DNA of 59,360 nucleotides from an uncultured Oscillospiraceae bacterium (GTDB taxonomy: Bacteria; Bacillota; Clostridia; Christensenellales; CAG-138), in the NCBI GenBank assembly GCA_964461335.1, contig CAYWTY010000003.1:1-59360 (forward strand). The letters run 5' to 3'. The notes beneath the pieces are model-generated. The model saw nothing but the letters and a program-made list of their open reading frames with translations, did not search any database and was not told the DNA's origin. The stretch's first letter is position 1; each line of letters opens with the position of its first letter. The position numbers and the translations under genes were made by a program. Below, piece after piece: positions 27,068 through 36,182 of this stretch.

Positions 27068-28024
27068 ATGTCCTTATCCGAAATACGTGAGCACTATGAG
27101 CGAATAAGGTTTGAAGAGTCGAAAGCTTTGCAGGCGCGCTTAGAGTATGCAGCTAAGCTGCACCCTGAGTTTAAAGCGCTTAGAGAAGAAAAGCATCAGG
27201 CTGCGCTCAATGTTGCAAAAGCTATAAGGCAGGGAAGCTCTGCTAAAAGCGCAGCAGAAGGCGCAAAGCTTGAGCTAACTTTGCTCCTTGAAAAAGAGCG
27301 TGCGCTTCTTGCAAAGATGGGTATGCCTTTAGATTATTTAACCTTAAAAGCGCATTGCACAATTTGCGGCGATACGGGTTTTACAGGGGATACGCTGCGC
27401 GTTGCGTGTATTTGCCAAAAAAAGCTTAAGCTTGCGCGCGCAGCCTCAACATCAAAAATCAATGCAAATGAAACTTTCAGCTGCTTTAACTCTGATATCT
27501 TTAGAAACAAAGCGCAGCTTAGGCAAATGCAGTCTGCAAAGCGCATTGCTGAAGAATATGCAGATACGCTCCCGAACACAAGCGCAAAGAACCTAATCCT
27601 AATCGGCATGGCAGGCCTTGGCAAATCCTTCCTGATAAACTGCATTGCAGAGCGTGTGCTCTCACGCGGGATAGACATTAAAAAAATTACTGCCTACAAC
27701 TTAAGCGAACAGCTTCTTGAAGGCATACGTCGTGGAGCGGATACTGCACGCGAGTTTTTAAATGTGCCGCTTTTACTAATCGATGACCTTGGTACAGAGC
27801 CTCTTATAAACAATATTACGCTTGAATATCTTTTCAGCATACTTAACGAGCGCAGAAACAGCCTGCTGCATACTGTTGTTGCGACAAATCTTTCTGTAGA
27901 AAAACTGCAGGAGCGCTATGGTGAGCGCATCTTTTCACGCCTTGTAAGCGCAGATTATTCTCTTATTCTGCACTTTAAAGGCGAGAACCTGCGCCTTTTG
28001 CCAAGGCGCGAGGAAGCTACATGA
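27068..28024 (+). CDS. dnaI: DnaI/DnaC-like helicase loader ATPase
   Basis: 318 aa. Cys cluster CTICGDTGF...CIC, Walker A GMAGLGKS, Walker B LLLIDDLGTE. Confidence 0.8.
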   Translation: MSLSEIREHYERIRFEESKALQARLEYAAKLHPEFKALREEKHQAALNVAKAIRQGSSAKSAAEGAKLELTLLLEKERALLAKMGMPLDYLTLKAHCTICGDTGFTGDTLRVACICQKKLKLARAASTSKINANETFSCFNSDIFRNKAQLRQMQSAKRIAEEYADTLPNTSAKNLILIGMAGLGKSFLINCIAERVLSRGIDIKKITAYNLSEQLLEGIRRGADTAREFLNVPLLLIDDLGTEPLINNITLEYLFSILNERRNSLLHTVVATNLSVEKLQERYGERIFSRLVSADYSLILHFKGENLRLLPRREEAT

Positions 28025-28860
28025 ACGAACCATGCCCAATACTTATGAGCGCACCTGCAAAGCTGAACCTTTGCTTAAACGTAAAACACAGGCGGCCTGA
28101 CGGCTATCACGAGCTTGATATGCTAAACCTTTCTGTTTCTCTTTGCGATACGCTTGAGTTTACACCATCAAAGAACATAGAAGTCGCTTACAAAAACCTT
28201 GAACCGCCAAAGCACGATTTAATTAGGGCTGCAGCGCAAGCGTATGCAAAAAACAGCAAAGAACAGCTTGGGTGCAAAATCTTAGTATATAAGCGCATAC
28301 CCGAGCAGGCTGGCTTGGGCGGGGGCAGCGCAGATGCAGCAGCTGTGCTTCGCGCAATGCAGTCTGCCTATAAAGCACTTAGCAGCAGGGCGCTTTTTAG
28401 TGTTGCACAAAGCCTTGGAGCAGATGTTCCGTTTTGCCTTTACAGCTTGCCGTGCAGAGTTGGGGGAATAGGCGAAAAACTAAGGCCGCTTTCCTTAAAT
28501 AATAAAAAGCTGTGGTTTCTTATTGTTAAGCCAAAAGAGGGGATAAAAACAGCTGAGCTGTTTTCCTGCCTTGAGCTGCCTGTAGAATATAAAAATATCA
28601 AACTTGCTGAGGCAGCGCTTATAAATGGGGATTTAAACGAGCTTGGCAAAGAGCTTGGCAACTCGCTTGAGCCTGCAGCTTGTGCGCTATTGCCAAAAAT
28701 CGGTCAATATCATGAACTCCTGCTCGACTTAGGGGCTCTTGGCGCATCCATGACTGGCTCAGGGTCAGCTGTTTTCGGCTTGTTTAAAGATGAAGTTGCA
28801 GCAAAGCAGGCGCAAGCTGAGTTTAAGGGCGAATTTTCTGTTATATGCCACAGCCTTTAA
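28021..28860 (+). CDS. ispE: 4-diphosphocytidyl-2-C-methyl-D-erythritol kinase
   Basis: 279 aa. APAKLNLCLNV, IPEQAGLGGGSADAAAVL and MTGSGSAVFG (GHMP kinase motifs). Confidence 0.92.
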   Translation: MNEPCPILMSAPAKLNLCLNVKHRRPDGYHELDMLNLSVSLCDTLEFTPSKNIEVAYKNLEPPKHDLIRAAAQAYAKNSKEQLGCKILVYKRIPEQAGLGGGSADAAAVLRAMQSAYKALSSRALFSVAQSLGADVPFCLYSLPCRVGGIGEKLRPLSLNNKKLWFLIVKPKEGIKTAELFSCLELPVEYKNIKLAEAALINGDLNELGKELGNSLEPAACALLPKIGQYHELLLDLGALGASMTGSGSAVFGLFKDEVAAKQAQAEFKGEFSVICHSL

Positions 28861-28898
28861 GGAAGTAAATAGTAACAACTACATATTCTGCTTTAGTG

Positions 28899-28936
28899 AA
28901 TATACACTGCGTTGAGCACAAGGTGTATATTTTTTC
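28899..28936 (+). terminator. Rho-independent terminator after ispE
   Basis: AATATACAC, 15-nt loop, GTGTATATT, followed by a T-run. Confidence 0.6.
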
Positions 28937-29046
28937 GTATTATGCATTCCAAAACGCCGAGAAACGGCTGAAAACCTGCGAAAACGCGAATCGTGTCACA
29001 GTATGTATAAAATGGAAGAATACTCACGTATTTTTATATACGTAAA

Positions 29047-29118
29047 TGTGTATAACAAAAAGAATCCAACAGCTTTCGGGTTTATACCTGTGCATAACTC
29101 TGTGCATTATGTGGATAG
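29047..29118 (-). promoter_or_regulatory. Cluster of four same-orientation DnaA-box-like 9-mers
   Basis: Minus strand reads TTATACACA (29047-55), TTATGCACA (29089-97), TAATGCACA (29101-09) and CTATCCACA (29110-18), against the consensus TTATNCACA. Confidence 0.3.
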
Positions 29119-29255
29119 ATATGCGAATATGCAAGTATGGAGCGTATATACAGCCCAATGCATATGCATAAATTTAAATGCAGCCGAGTTCGTTAATATA
29201 CGCCTGTCTTTGCGAATACTATAAGAAAAAGGCTGTTTTAAGGGGGGCAAAGCAA

Positions 29256-29966
29256 ATGAAAATGCAGCAGGGCTTAGCTAAGCTGCTTTATGACTGGATG
29301 GGCGTACTGCTTGCAGTTGCGCTGTTGTTTCTTGCTTTTACAGGGCAATGGGCGCCAAAAACATGGTTCGAGGCAGACGCACAAATGGTGAACCTGCAAA
29401 CCGATGGTACAGACGCGCTCCTTATTGTAGTTGATGCAGGGCATGGCGGTTCTGATAATGGCGGAGAAAGTAAAAACGGGGTAAAGGAGGCTGGGCTTAA
29501 CCTTTCAGTTGCAAAGCTTGTAGAAAGCGGGCTTCGCGAGGCTGGCTTTGCAGTAAAAATGACGCGCAGCGATAAAAACTCTTTAGGGGAGAATAAACGC
29601 AAGGATATGCAGGCGCGCCGTGAAATAATGCGCGAAGAAGGCATTGCTGCAATTGTAAGCATACATATGAACATGTTTTCTGATACAAGCATTAGCGGGC
29701 CTATGGCGTTTTATATGAAGGGTTCAGAAGAAGGGGAGGCGCTTGCAGAGGCTGTTATTGAGGCAGTCTGTATAAAAGTCGACCATGTAAAGCGGCCTGC
29801 AAACCCTGGGGATTATTTTGTCCTTCGTGAGAGTCTTGCACCTGCAGTAATAGTTGAATGCGGTTTTCTATCTAACCCTTCAGACGAAGCAAAGCTTGTA
29901 GAGAGCGAGTACCAGCAAAAGCTTGCAGAAGGAATAGTTTCAGGTATTGCAAAGTATTTTGCTTAA
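29256..29966 (+). CDS. N-acetylmuramoyl-L-alanine amidase (Amidase_3, CwlD-like)
   Basis: Start at MKMQQ (RBS AAGGGGGG). One N-terminal TM helix; motifs VVDAGHGGSDNGG, SIHMN, ECGFLSNPSDE. The track ORF starts at 29178. Confidence 0.85.
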   Translation: MKMQQGLAKLLYDWMGVLLAVALLFLAFTGQWAPKTWFEADAQMVNLQTDGTDALLIVVDAGHGGSDNGGESKNGVKEAGLNLSVAKLVESGLREAGFAVKMTRSDKNSLGENKRKDMQARREIMREEGIAAIVSIHMNMFSDTSISGPMAFYMKGSEEGEALAEAVIEAVCIKVDHVKRPANPGDYFVLRESLAPAVIVECGFLSNPSDEAKLVESEYQQKLAEGIVSGIAKYFA

Positions 29967-29978
29967 ATGTATTGCTCA

Positions 29979-30007
29979 TTGCCCGCGTGTCTCTATTGCC
30001 GTATAAT
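29979..30007 (+). promoter_or_regulatory. Sigma-A-type promoter upstream of the panE-like gene
   Basis: TTGCCC, 17-nt spacer, TATAAT. Confidence 0.45.
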
Positions 30008-30042
30008 ACATATGATAAAGTGAAGTCTTTGGAGGTTCAATA

Positions 30043-30963
30043 ATGAAACTTATGCTTGTTGGAGCAGGCGGAATAGGGGGCTTTCTTGCAGGAATGCTCG
30101 GAAATGGCGGCAATGATTTTACGCTTGTTGCACGCGGAGCAACCCTTGAGGCAATAAAAGAAAACGGGCTAACGCTTTTTACCCCAGAAGAGCACATTGC
30201 GCTTAAGCATGTAAATTGTACGGACAAGCCCCAAGATTATGGCATTCAGGATGCTATTATTATTTGCACAAAAGGGTATGGGCTTGATGGAGCGCTTGAT
30301 ATTGTCCGCCCGTGCGTAAATAGCGAAACGCTCATAATCCCAATGTTAAACGGGGTAAATACGCATAAGCGTATAGCGTCGCGCCTAAAGAACGGCATTG
30401 CGCTCGATGGGTGCATTTATGTGTTCAGCCGTGTTCTAGAGCCGGGCGTTATTGAGCAAACTGGGTCAATAAACCGTGTTTGCATGGGTATCCCTGGCGT
30501 GCTAAAAGAGGATTCTCCGAAAACACTTGTGAAACTTTGTGAAATGCTCAACAATAGCTGTGTAAAAGCCGAAATTCCGGATGATATTGAGCGTGAAATG
30601 TGGATTAAATGGTCGTTTATATGCTCAAATGCACAGGCTACATCTTACTTTGACGTTTCTGTAGGTGAGCTAAGAGATGACCCGGAAAAATGGGAGTTCC
30701 TGCTTGGGCTCCTTGACGAAATTCAGCTTGTTGCCTCAAAGGAAGGCATAATTCTGCCTTCAGATTTAAAAGAGAAAAACATAGAAGCCTTTAAGCAGAT
30801 GGCGTATGAATCAAGGTCCTCACTTTCGCGTGACCTTAAAGAGCCGGGCAAGCCTACGGAGCTTTCGCTTTTTGCAGGCGAGCTTGTACGCCTAGCACAA
30901 GCGCATTCGCTTGATGTTCCATATAACAGGCGTGTGCTTGAGCGCTTTTATGATCGTCTATGA
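30043..30963 (+). CDS. 2-dehydropantoate 2-reductase family protein (ApbA/PanE)
   Basis: 306 aa. N-terminal Rossmann motif MLVGAGGIGGFLAG. Length and layout typical of ketopantoate reductases. Confidence 0.75.
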   Translation: MKLMLVGAGGIGGFLAGMLGNGGNDFTLVARGATLEAIKENGLTLFTPEEHIALKHVNCTDKPQDYGIQDAIIICTKGYGLDGALDIVRPCVNSETLIIPMLNGVNTHKRIASRLKNGIALDGCIYVFSRVLEPGVIEQTGSINRVCMGIPGVLKEDSPKTLVKLCEMLNNSCVKAEIPDDIEREMWIKWSFICSNAQATSYFDVSVGELRDDPEKWEFLLGLLDEIQLVASKEGIILPSDLKEKNIEAFKQMAYESRSSLSRDLKEPGKPTELSLFAGELVRLAQAHSLDVPYNRRVLERFYDRL

Positions 30964-31382
30964 GCGTAAGCGGAGATATTCGCTCTCTTTTAAACATTGA
31001 GGCAGGTGTTGATGTAAAATCGCTTGCAAGCTTAACGCTTGCATTTATAGGCGATACTGTTTATGAGCTGTATGTGCGCACTCTTCTTATAGAAAAAAGT
31101 GATGCGCCTGTACACAGCCTTCACCTTCAAGCCTCACGCTTAGTGTGCGCTTGTGCGCAGGCTGAAGCAGCTAAAAGAGTTATGCCTCATTTAAGCGATG
31201 AGGAAGCTGCAGTTTTTCGGCGGGGCAGGAACGCGCATATAGGCACAGTGCCAAAAAGCGCCTCAATAGCTGAGTACCGTGCTGCAACAGGGTTTGAAGC
31301 TGTGCTCGGCTACCTCTACCTTTTAGGAGATGATGCGCGCATACGCAGCCTTATGGCAACAGCCTTGCTTGCGGGCTTGTAA
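30960..31382 (+). CDS. mrnC: Mini-ribonuclease 3
   Basis: 140 aa. LAFIGDTVYELYVR motif. Lies upstream of rlmB and sigH as in Bacillus (yazC-yacO-sigH). Confidence 0.85.
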   Translation: MSVSGDIRSLLNIEAGVDVKSLASLTLAFIGDTVYELYVRTLLIEKSDAPVHSLHLQASRLVCACAQAEAAKRVMPHLSDEEAAVFRRGRNAHIGTVPKSASIAEYRAATGFEAVLGYLYLLGDDARIRSLMATALLAGL

Positions 31383-31418
31383 AAAAGCAGGCGTATAACA
31401 TATTTATAGGAGAAGTAT

Positions 31419-31766
31419 ATGATACGGTATAAATCAGACATGGCAACGGAAGTTGCTGAAAACTTGCGCTGCGGAAAAGGCAAAGTCGGCATGACACCCC
31501 TCTTTACAGCAAAAATTCCGCATTTAAGGCTGCTTAGTGAAATTACGCTTGAGCCGGGCAGCTCAATTGGCGCTCACCCGCACCATGATGAAGCAGAAGT
31601 CTATTATGTGCTTGAGGGTGAGGCAACAGTGCTTGATAACTTAGATGAACATGTGCTAAAGCCGGGTGATGCGCACCTTTGCCCTTCAGGAAGCTCTCAC
31701 GCGCTCTTAAACAAGAGTTGTTCAATAACCCGAATTCTTGCAATAATACCCACAATGGCAGAGTAG
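31419..31766 (+). CDS. Cupin-domain protein
   Basis: 115 aa. GSSIGAHPHHDEAEVYYVLEGEA...PGDAHLCPSGSSH (cupin motifs 1 and 2). Confidence 0.75.
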   Translation: MIRYKSDMATEVAENLRCGKGKVGMTPLFTAKIPHLRLLSEITLEPGSSIGAHPHHDEAEVYYVLEGEATVLDNLDEHVLKPGDAHLCPSGSSHALLNKSCSITRILAIIPTMAE

Positions 31767-31774
31767 GTAAGCAT

Positions 31775-33055
31775 ATGCAGAAAAGCCGCGATTATGGCAA
31801 CCCCCCAAGCAGCGGGAAGCGCGAATATAAACCAGCTCGGCCTTCTCCCTCGAAATACGGCGCTAAGTCCTCTGAAAAAAGGCAGGGCCGCCCTAATGAA
31901 AACGAGGCAAAGCCATACCAAAAGCAGTATGGCAAAAAAGCTGATTACGCAGAAAAACCATATGCACAAAAGCCTAAGGGAGCCCCCCAACAAGCTAAGC
32001 CATACGAGAAGAAGCAGGATTTCAAAAAGCGCTTTGAAAAGCCAACAAAGCCAGAGGCTAAGCTGCCAATGCCTAATGAAAACGAGGCAAAGCCATACCA
32101 AAAGCAGTATGGCAAAAAGGCTGATTATACAGAAAAGCCATATGCGCATAAGCCTAAGGGTGCTTTCCAACAAGCTAAGCCATATGAGAAGAAGCAGGGC
32201 TTTAAAAAGCCCTTTGAAAAGCCAGCAAAGCCAGAGGCGAAGCTGCCCATGCCTAAAGCGCCTGAGTTCGAAAATAATGCTGATGCAGCAAGCGAAGATA
32301 CTCTGCCGTATTTTCTTATGGGCAGAAATGCAGTACGCGAAGCTATAAAGCACGGCCGCAGCATTGATAGAATTCTTGTTGTGCCTGAGCAGGACGGCTC
32401 CTTAAAAGAAATCATAGGTTTGGCTGCTACACGGCGCATAGTTGTAACTGAAACTATGCGAAAACGCCTTGACGAGATGTGCATGCCCTTTGGGCATGGC
32501 GGAAGGCCGGGCAACCACCAGGGCATTATTGCAATGGTGCCTGATATTGAATATTCTGAGCTCGAAGATATTCTTTCGTATGCAAAGGAGCGTGGCGAGC
32601 CTCCGTTTTTACTGCTCCTTGATGAAATAAACGACCCGCACAACCTTGGCTCAATGCTAAGAAGCGCAGCATGTGCAGGTGTACACGGAGTTGTGCTGCC
32701 AAAGCGCCGCTCTGCAAGCGTAACTGCTGCAGTTGCAAAGGCAAGTGCAGGCGCTGTCGAATATATTAAAGTCGCAAAGGTGCCAAACCTTACTGCAACT
32801 ATTGAAGAGCTGAAAAAGGCAGGTATCTGGGTTGCAGGTGCATCTATGCAGGGTGAGCCAATGCAAAAGGCAAACCTTAAGGGGCCGCTCGCCTTAGTAA
32901 TAGGCAATGAGGCAAAGGGGATTTCACGCCTTGTTGCACTTTCGTGCGATTTCCTTGTTTCAATACCTATGTCAGGGCAAATGGACTCTCTTAATGCTGC
33001 TGTTGCAGCAGCACTTATAATGTTCGAAAAGAACAGGCAGGAGGCGGGTATATAG
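31775..33055 (+). CDS. rlmB: 23S rRNA (guanosine-2'-O)-methyltransferase RlmB (SpoU/TrmH) with a roughly 190-aa Lys-rich N-terminal extension
   Basis: C-terminal SpoU domain (LLLDEINDPHNLGSMLRSA, LVIGNEAKGIS, SLNAAVAAAL). Start taken at MQKSRDY; the track ORF start at 31679 overlaps the cupin gene. Confidence 0.8.
   Translation: MQKSRDYGNPPSSGKREYKPARPSPSKYGAKSSEKRQGRPNENEAKPYQKQYGKKADYAEKPYAQKPKGAPQQAKPYEKKQDFKKRFEKPTKPEAKLPMPNENEAKPYQKQYGKKADYTEKPYAHKPKGAFQQAKPYEKKQGFKKPFEKPAKPEAKLPMPKAPEFENNADAASEDTLPYFLMGRNAVREAIKHGRSIDRILVVPEQDGSLKEIIGLAATRRIVVTETMRKRLDEMCMPFGHGGRPGNHQGIIAMVPDIEYSELEDILSYAKERGEPPFLLLLDEINDPHNLGSMLRSAACAGVHGVVLPKRRSASVTAAVAKASAGAVEYIKVAKVPNLTATIEELKKAGIWVAGASMQGEPMQKANLKGPLALVIGNEAKGISRLVALSCDFLVSIPMSGQMDSLNAAVAAALIMFEKNRQEAGI
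31892..32251. repeat. 2 x 180-bp in-frame tandem direct repeat inside the rlmB 5' extension
   Basis: Copies at 31892-32071 and 32072-32251 differ by about 18 substitutions and no indels (hand count). Each encodes a 60-aa unit, NENEAKPYQKQYGKKADY.EKPYA.KPKGA.QQAKPYEKKQ.FKK.FEKP.KPEAKLPMP. Confidence 0.9.
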
Positions 33056-33058
33056 ACT

Positions 33059-33712
33059 ATGTGCGGGGTGCAGGCAGGGCAAAGCCCTGAAACAGTTGAG
33101 CAGATGCACTATGTTTCTATGAGCGATGAGGCGCTCATAGAGGCGCTTCGTGCTGGCGACTGCTGCGCTGAGGATTATCTTTACGAAAAATACAAGCATT
33201 TTATCCGAAGCAAGAGCCGTACATACTTCCTTGTAGGTGCAGATAGGGAAGATTTAATTCAAGAGGGCATGATTGGCCTTTATAAGGCTATTCGCGATTA
33301 CAACCCGGATAAATTCAGCTCATTTCGCACCTTTGCCGAACTTTGCGTTACCCGACAAATTATTACTGCAATAAAAAGAGCCACACGGCTTAAGCATTCC
33401 CCTCTTAATACTTATATTTCACTTAACAAGCCGCTTAGTGCAGATGGGCACGAGCGCACATTAATCGACATTTTAAGCGCTGCAAGCATAAGCGACCCTG
33501 AAGAAACCGTAATAAGCCAGGAAGCTTACGAAACGACTGCAAAAAGGCTTAAGGAATCCCTCTCAAAGCTTGAATGCAGGTCACTCATGCTTTTTCTTGA
33601 AGGGCGCTCATATGCTGAGATAGCCGAAGAGCTTCAGCGCACGCAAAAAGCAATAGACAATGCGCTGCAGCGTGTGCGTGTTAAGCTTGAAAAGCAGATA
33701 TGGCAAAAATAG
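33059..33712 (+). CDS. sigH: RNA polymerase sporulation-initiation sigma factor SigH
   Basis: ADREDLIQEGMIGLYKAIRDYNPDKFSSFRTFAELCVTRQIITAIKRATRLKH closely resembles B. subtilis SigH. The start is uncertain: alternative ATGs at 33104 and 33119, and no strong RBS. Confidence 0.85.
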   Translation: MCGVQAGQSPETVEQMHYVSMSDEALIEALRAGDCCAEDYLYEKYKHFIRSKSRTYFLVGADREDLIQEGMIGLYKAIRDYNPDKFSSFRTFAELCVTRQIITAIKRATRLKHSPLNTYISLNKPLSADGHERTLIDILSAASISDPEETVISQEAYETTAKRLKESLSKLECRSLMLFLEGRSYAEIAEELQRTQKAIDNALQRVRVKLEKQIWQK

Positions 33713-33738
33713 CTTAAGCAGCGAAAGGAAACTCACGC

Positions 33739-34413
33739 ATGCATGACGGGCACAGGAAGCGCCTGCGGGAGCGGTATACTTGCTTGGGCATAGGCGATTT
33801 ATCTGAAATAGAGGCGCTTGAGCTTCTTTTGACCTATGCAATCCCAAGAAAAGACACAAGCGAAACAGCACGCGCCCTTTTAGCGCAGTTTGGCTCACTT
33901 TCTGCAATATGTTATGCTAAGCACGAAGAGCTATGTAAAATTTCGGGCATAGGTACATCTGCTTCAGGTTTCCTTAGGCTTATAGGCGATATTCTGCATA
34001 CATATATTAAGGCGCAACCTCCGGCTTTAAAGGGGAGACTCCAAACTCCTGCAGCTGCTGCTGCATATGCGCTTGAGCTGCTAAAAGCTGAGCGATACGA
34101 AAGCGTCTATGTTGTAAGCCTTGATAAAAACCTTAGGCTTAAACATGTGGAACGCCTGCTTACAGGCACCCTAACTGAAGCTCCGCTCTATCCAAGGCGA
34201 GTTGTTGAAGCTGCACTTTCGCATTGTGCGCATTCAGTGCTTTTACTTCACAACCACCCAAGCGGAGACCCTGCGCCCTCAGAAAGCGACACACAAGCAA
34301 CAGAAGCTGTTAGAGCAGCGCTTAATGCGATAGATATAGAGCTCTTCGACCATATAATCGTAGGGCATGGGGTTGTTTACAGCTTTTCGTGCAGGGAATG
34401 CATTTATCCTTAA
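33739..34413 (+). CDS. radC: RadC-family JAB/MPN domain protein
   Basis: 224 aa. N-terminal HRKRLRERY, HhH region, JAMM motif HNHPSGDPAPSESD. Confidence 0.88.
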   Translation: MHDGHRKRLRERYTCLGIGDLSEIEALELLLTYAIPRKDTSETARALLAQFGSLSAICYAKHEELCKISGIGTSASGFLRLIGDILHTYIKAQPPALKGRLQTPAAAAAYALELLKAERYESVYVVSLDKNLRLKHVERLLTGTLTEAPLYPRRVVEAALSHCAHSVLLLHNHPSGDPAPSESDTQATEAVRAALNAIDIELFDHIIVGHGVVYSFSCRECIYP

Positions 34414-34432
34414 TCAGCTGTGTAGAAGTTAA

Positions 34433-36169
34433 ATGACGGAGGAGCAAATGGTGTATAAAGAAATGTTGAGCCAATGGCTTCTAAATAGTGATGATGCGAC
34501 TGTTGCAGAACTTTCTGCCTTAAGCGAAGCTGAACTTGAGGAGCGCTTTTATAAAGAGCTTGAGTTTGGAACTGCCGGCTTGCGCGGGATTATGGGCGCA
34601 GGCACAAACCGCATGAACCTATATGTGCTCCGCCGCGCAACTAAGGGGCTTGCAGACTATCTTGCTTCAATAAAAGGCGCAAAAACGCGAGGCGTAGTAA
34701 TAGCATATGATTCGCGCCTTAATTCTGATGTGTTTGCAAGAGAAACTGCGCTTGTGCTTGCAAATAACGGAATTCGCGCATATCTGTTTGAAAGCCTGCG
34801 CTCTGTGCCGCAGCTTTCGTTTTCTGTGCAAAAGCTTGGGTGCATAGCAGGAATTGTTATTACAGCAAGCCACAACCCTTCCGAGTATAACGGCTATAAG
34901 GTTTATTGGGAGCATGGCGGGCAGCTTGGCCCTATTCAGGCTGAGGAAGTGTTTTCGCGCATTTGTGCAGTCGGGTATTTTGGCGTAGCTGCAATGAGCA
35001 AAGCGGAAGCGCTTGAAAAAGGCCTGCTTACAATAGTAGGCAAGGAGCTTGACGAGGCGTATTATGCAGCTACTGCCTCGCTTATGCTTGAGCCTGCGCT
35101 TGTTTTAGAGCATGGGAGTGCGCTCAAGGTTGTTTACACACCTTTGCATGGGGCTGGCAAAGTTCCGGTTGTAGAGCTTTTAAGCCGAGTTGGCGTAAGC
35201 AATGTGCATGTTGTTATAGAACAGGCGGAACCTAATTCTGCGTTTCCTACTGTTAAGGCGCCAAACCCTGAGGAAGTTGATGCGTACGCGCTTTCTATTT
35301 CGCTTGCTAAGAAGCTTGATGCAGACCTTATTCTTGCGACTGACCCTGACGCTGACAGGCTTGGGCTTGCTGTAAGAGGGCATGACGGCAGCTTCTTCCT
35401 GCTAACAGGCAACCAAATTGGCTGCCTTCTGCTTCACTATATGCTAAGCACATTGCACGCAAAAGGGCGCTTGCCTAAAAACGGGCTTGTGGTAAAATCC
35501 ATTGTAAGCACTCCGCTTGCAGATGCAATCTGCGCCCGCTATTTAGTTCGGCTTGAAAGTGTGCTTACAGGCTTCCGCTTTATTTCCGAAAAGGTCGACT
35601 ACTGCGCTTCAACGCGCGAGTGCAGCTTCTTGTTCGGCTTCGAAGAAAGCTACGGGTTTTTGGCAGGCGGGTTCTCGCGCGATAAGGATGCGATATGTGC
35701 CTCAATGCTGCTTGCTGAGGCAGCACTTGTGTATTCGCTTAAGGGGATGACCCTTGCTGATGCTCTTGATGAGCTTGATACTCTATATGGTTGCTACCGC
35801 GAACGGGTTATTTCATATACGCTTGAGGGAAAGTCGGGCATGGAGCGGATTAAACAAGCAATGGCATCCCTTAGGGAAACCCCTATACAGAGCCTTGCAG
35901 GGTTAAAAACCGACTTTTATGAAGATTATTATGACTGCAGGCGCATTCATGTATTAAAGGGCTTTATAGAACATATAGAGCTTCCGAATGCGGAAATGGT
36001 GCGGTTTGTGCTTGAAGGAGGGGCGTTTGTTATTGTGCGCCCATCAGGAACTGAGCCAAAGCTCAAGCTGTATGTAGGAGTTAATGCAGCAAAAAAGGAG
36101 CAGGCAGACGCATTTGTTGAGCTTGTTGCAACGAAAGCAAAGGAACTTGTTGATAACCTGCTTGCATAA
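34433..36169 (+). CDS. Phosphoglucomutase/phosphomannomutase family phospho-sugar mutase
   Basis: 578 aa. Active-site TASHNPSEYNGYKV and metal loop ATDPDADRLG. Confidence 0.88.
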   Translation: MTEEQMVYKEMLSQWLLNSDDATVAELSALSEAELEERFYKELEFGTAGLRGIMGAGTNRMNLYVLRRATKGLADYLASIKGAKTRGVVIAYDSRLNSDVFARETALVLANNGIRAYLFESLRSVPQLSFSVQKLGCIAGIVITASHNPSEYNGYKVYWEHGGQLGPIQAEEVFSRICAVGYFGVAAMSKAEALEKGLLTIVGKELDEAYYAATASLMLEPALVLEHGSALKVVYTPLHGAGKVPVVELLSRVGVSNVHVVIEQAEPNSAFPTVKAPNPEEVDAYALSISLAKKLDADLILATDPDADRLGLAVRGHDGSFFLLTGNQIGCLLLHYMLSTLHAKGRLPKNGLVVKSIVSTPLADAICARYLVRLESVLTGFRFISEKVDYCASTRECSFLFGFEESYGFLAGGFSRDKDAICASMLLAEAALVYSLKGMTLADALDELDTLYGCYRERVISYTLEGKSGMERIKQAMASLRETPIQSLAGLKTDFYEDYYDCRRIHVLKGFIEHIELPNAEMVRFVLEGGAFVIVRPSGTEPKLKLYVGVNAAKKEQADAFVELVATKAKELVDNLLA

Positions 36170-36182
36170 AGAAGGATGGAAA

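Noticed and set aside
25877-28024. Prophage replication module (DnaD-like plus IstB/DnaC-like ATPase).
   Set aside because: No integrase, structural or lysis genes nearby. The arrangement matches the chromosomal dnaB-dnaI pair of Bacilli and is followed by ispE in an overlapping operon.
28861-29255. Chromosomal replication origin (oriC).
   Set aside because: DnaA-box-like 9-mers and AT-rich DNA are present, but there is no adjacent dnaA/dnaN, the boxes are few and imperfect, and the flanking genes are ispE and an amidase. Reported only as a box cluster.
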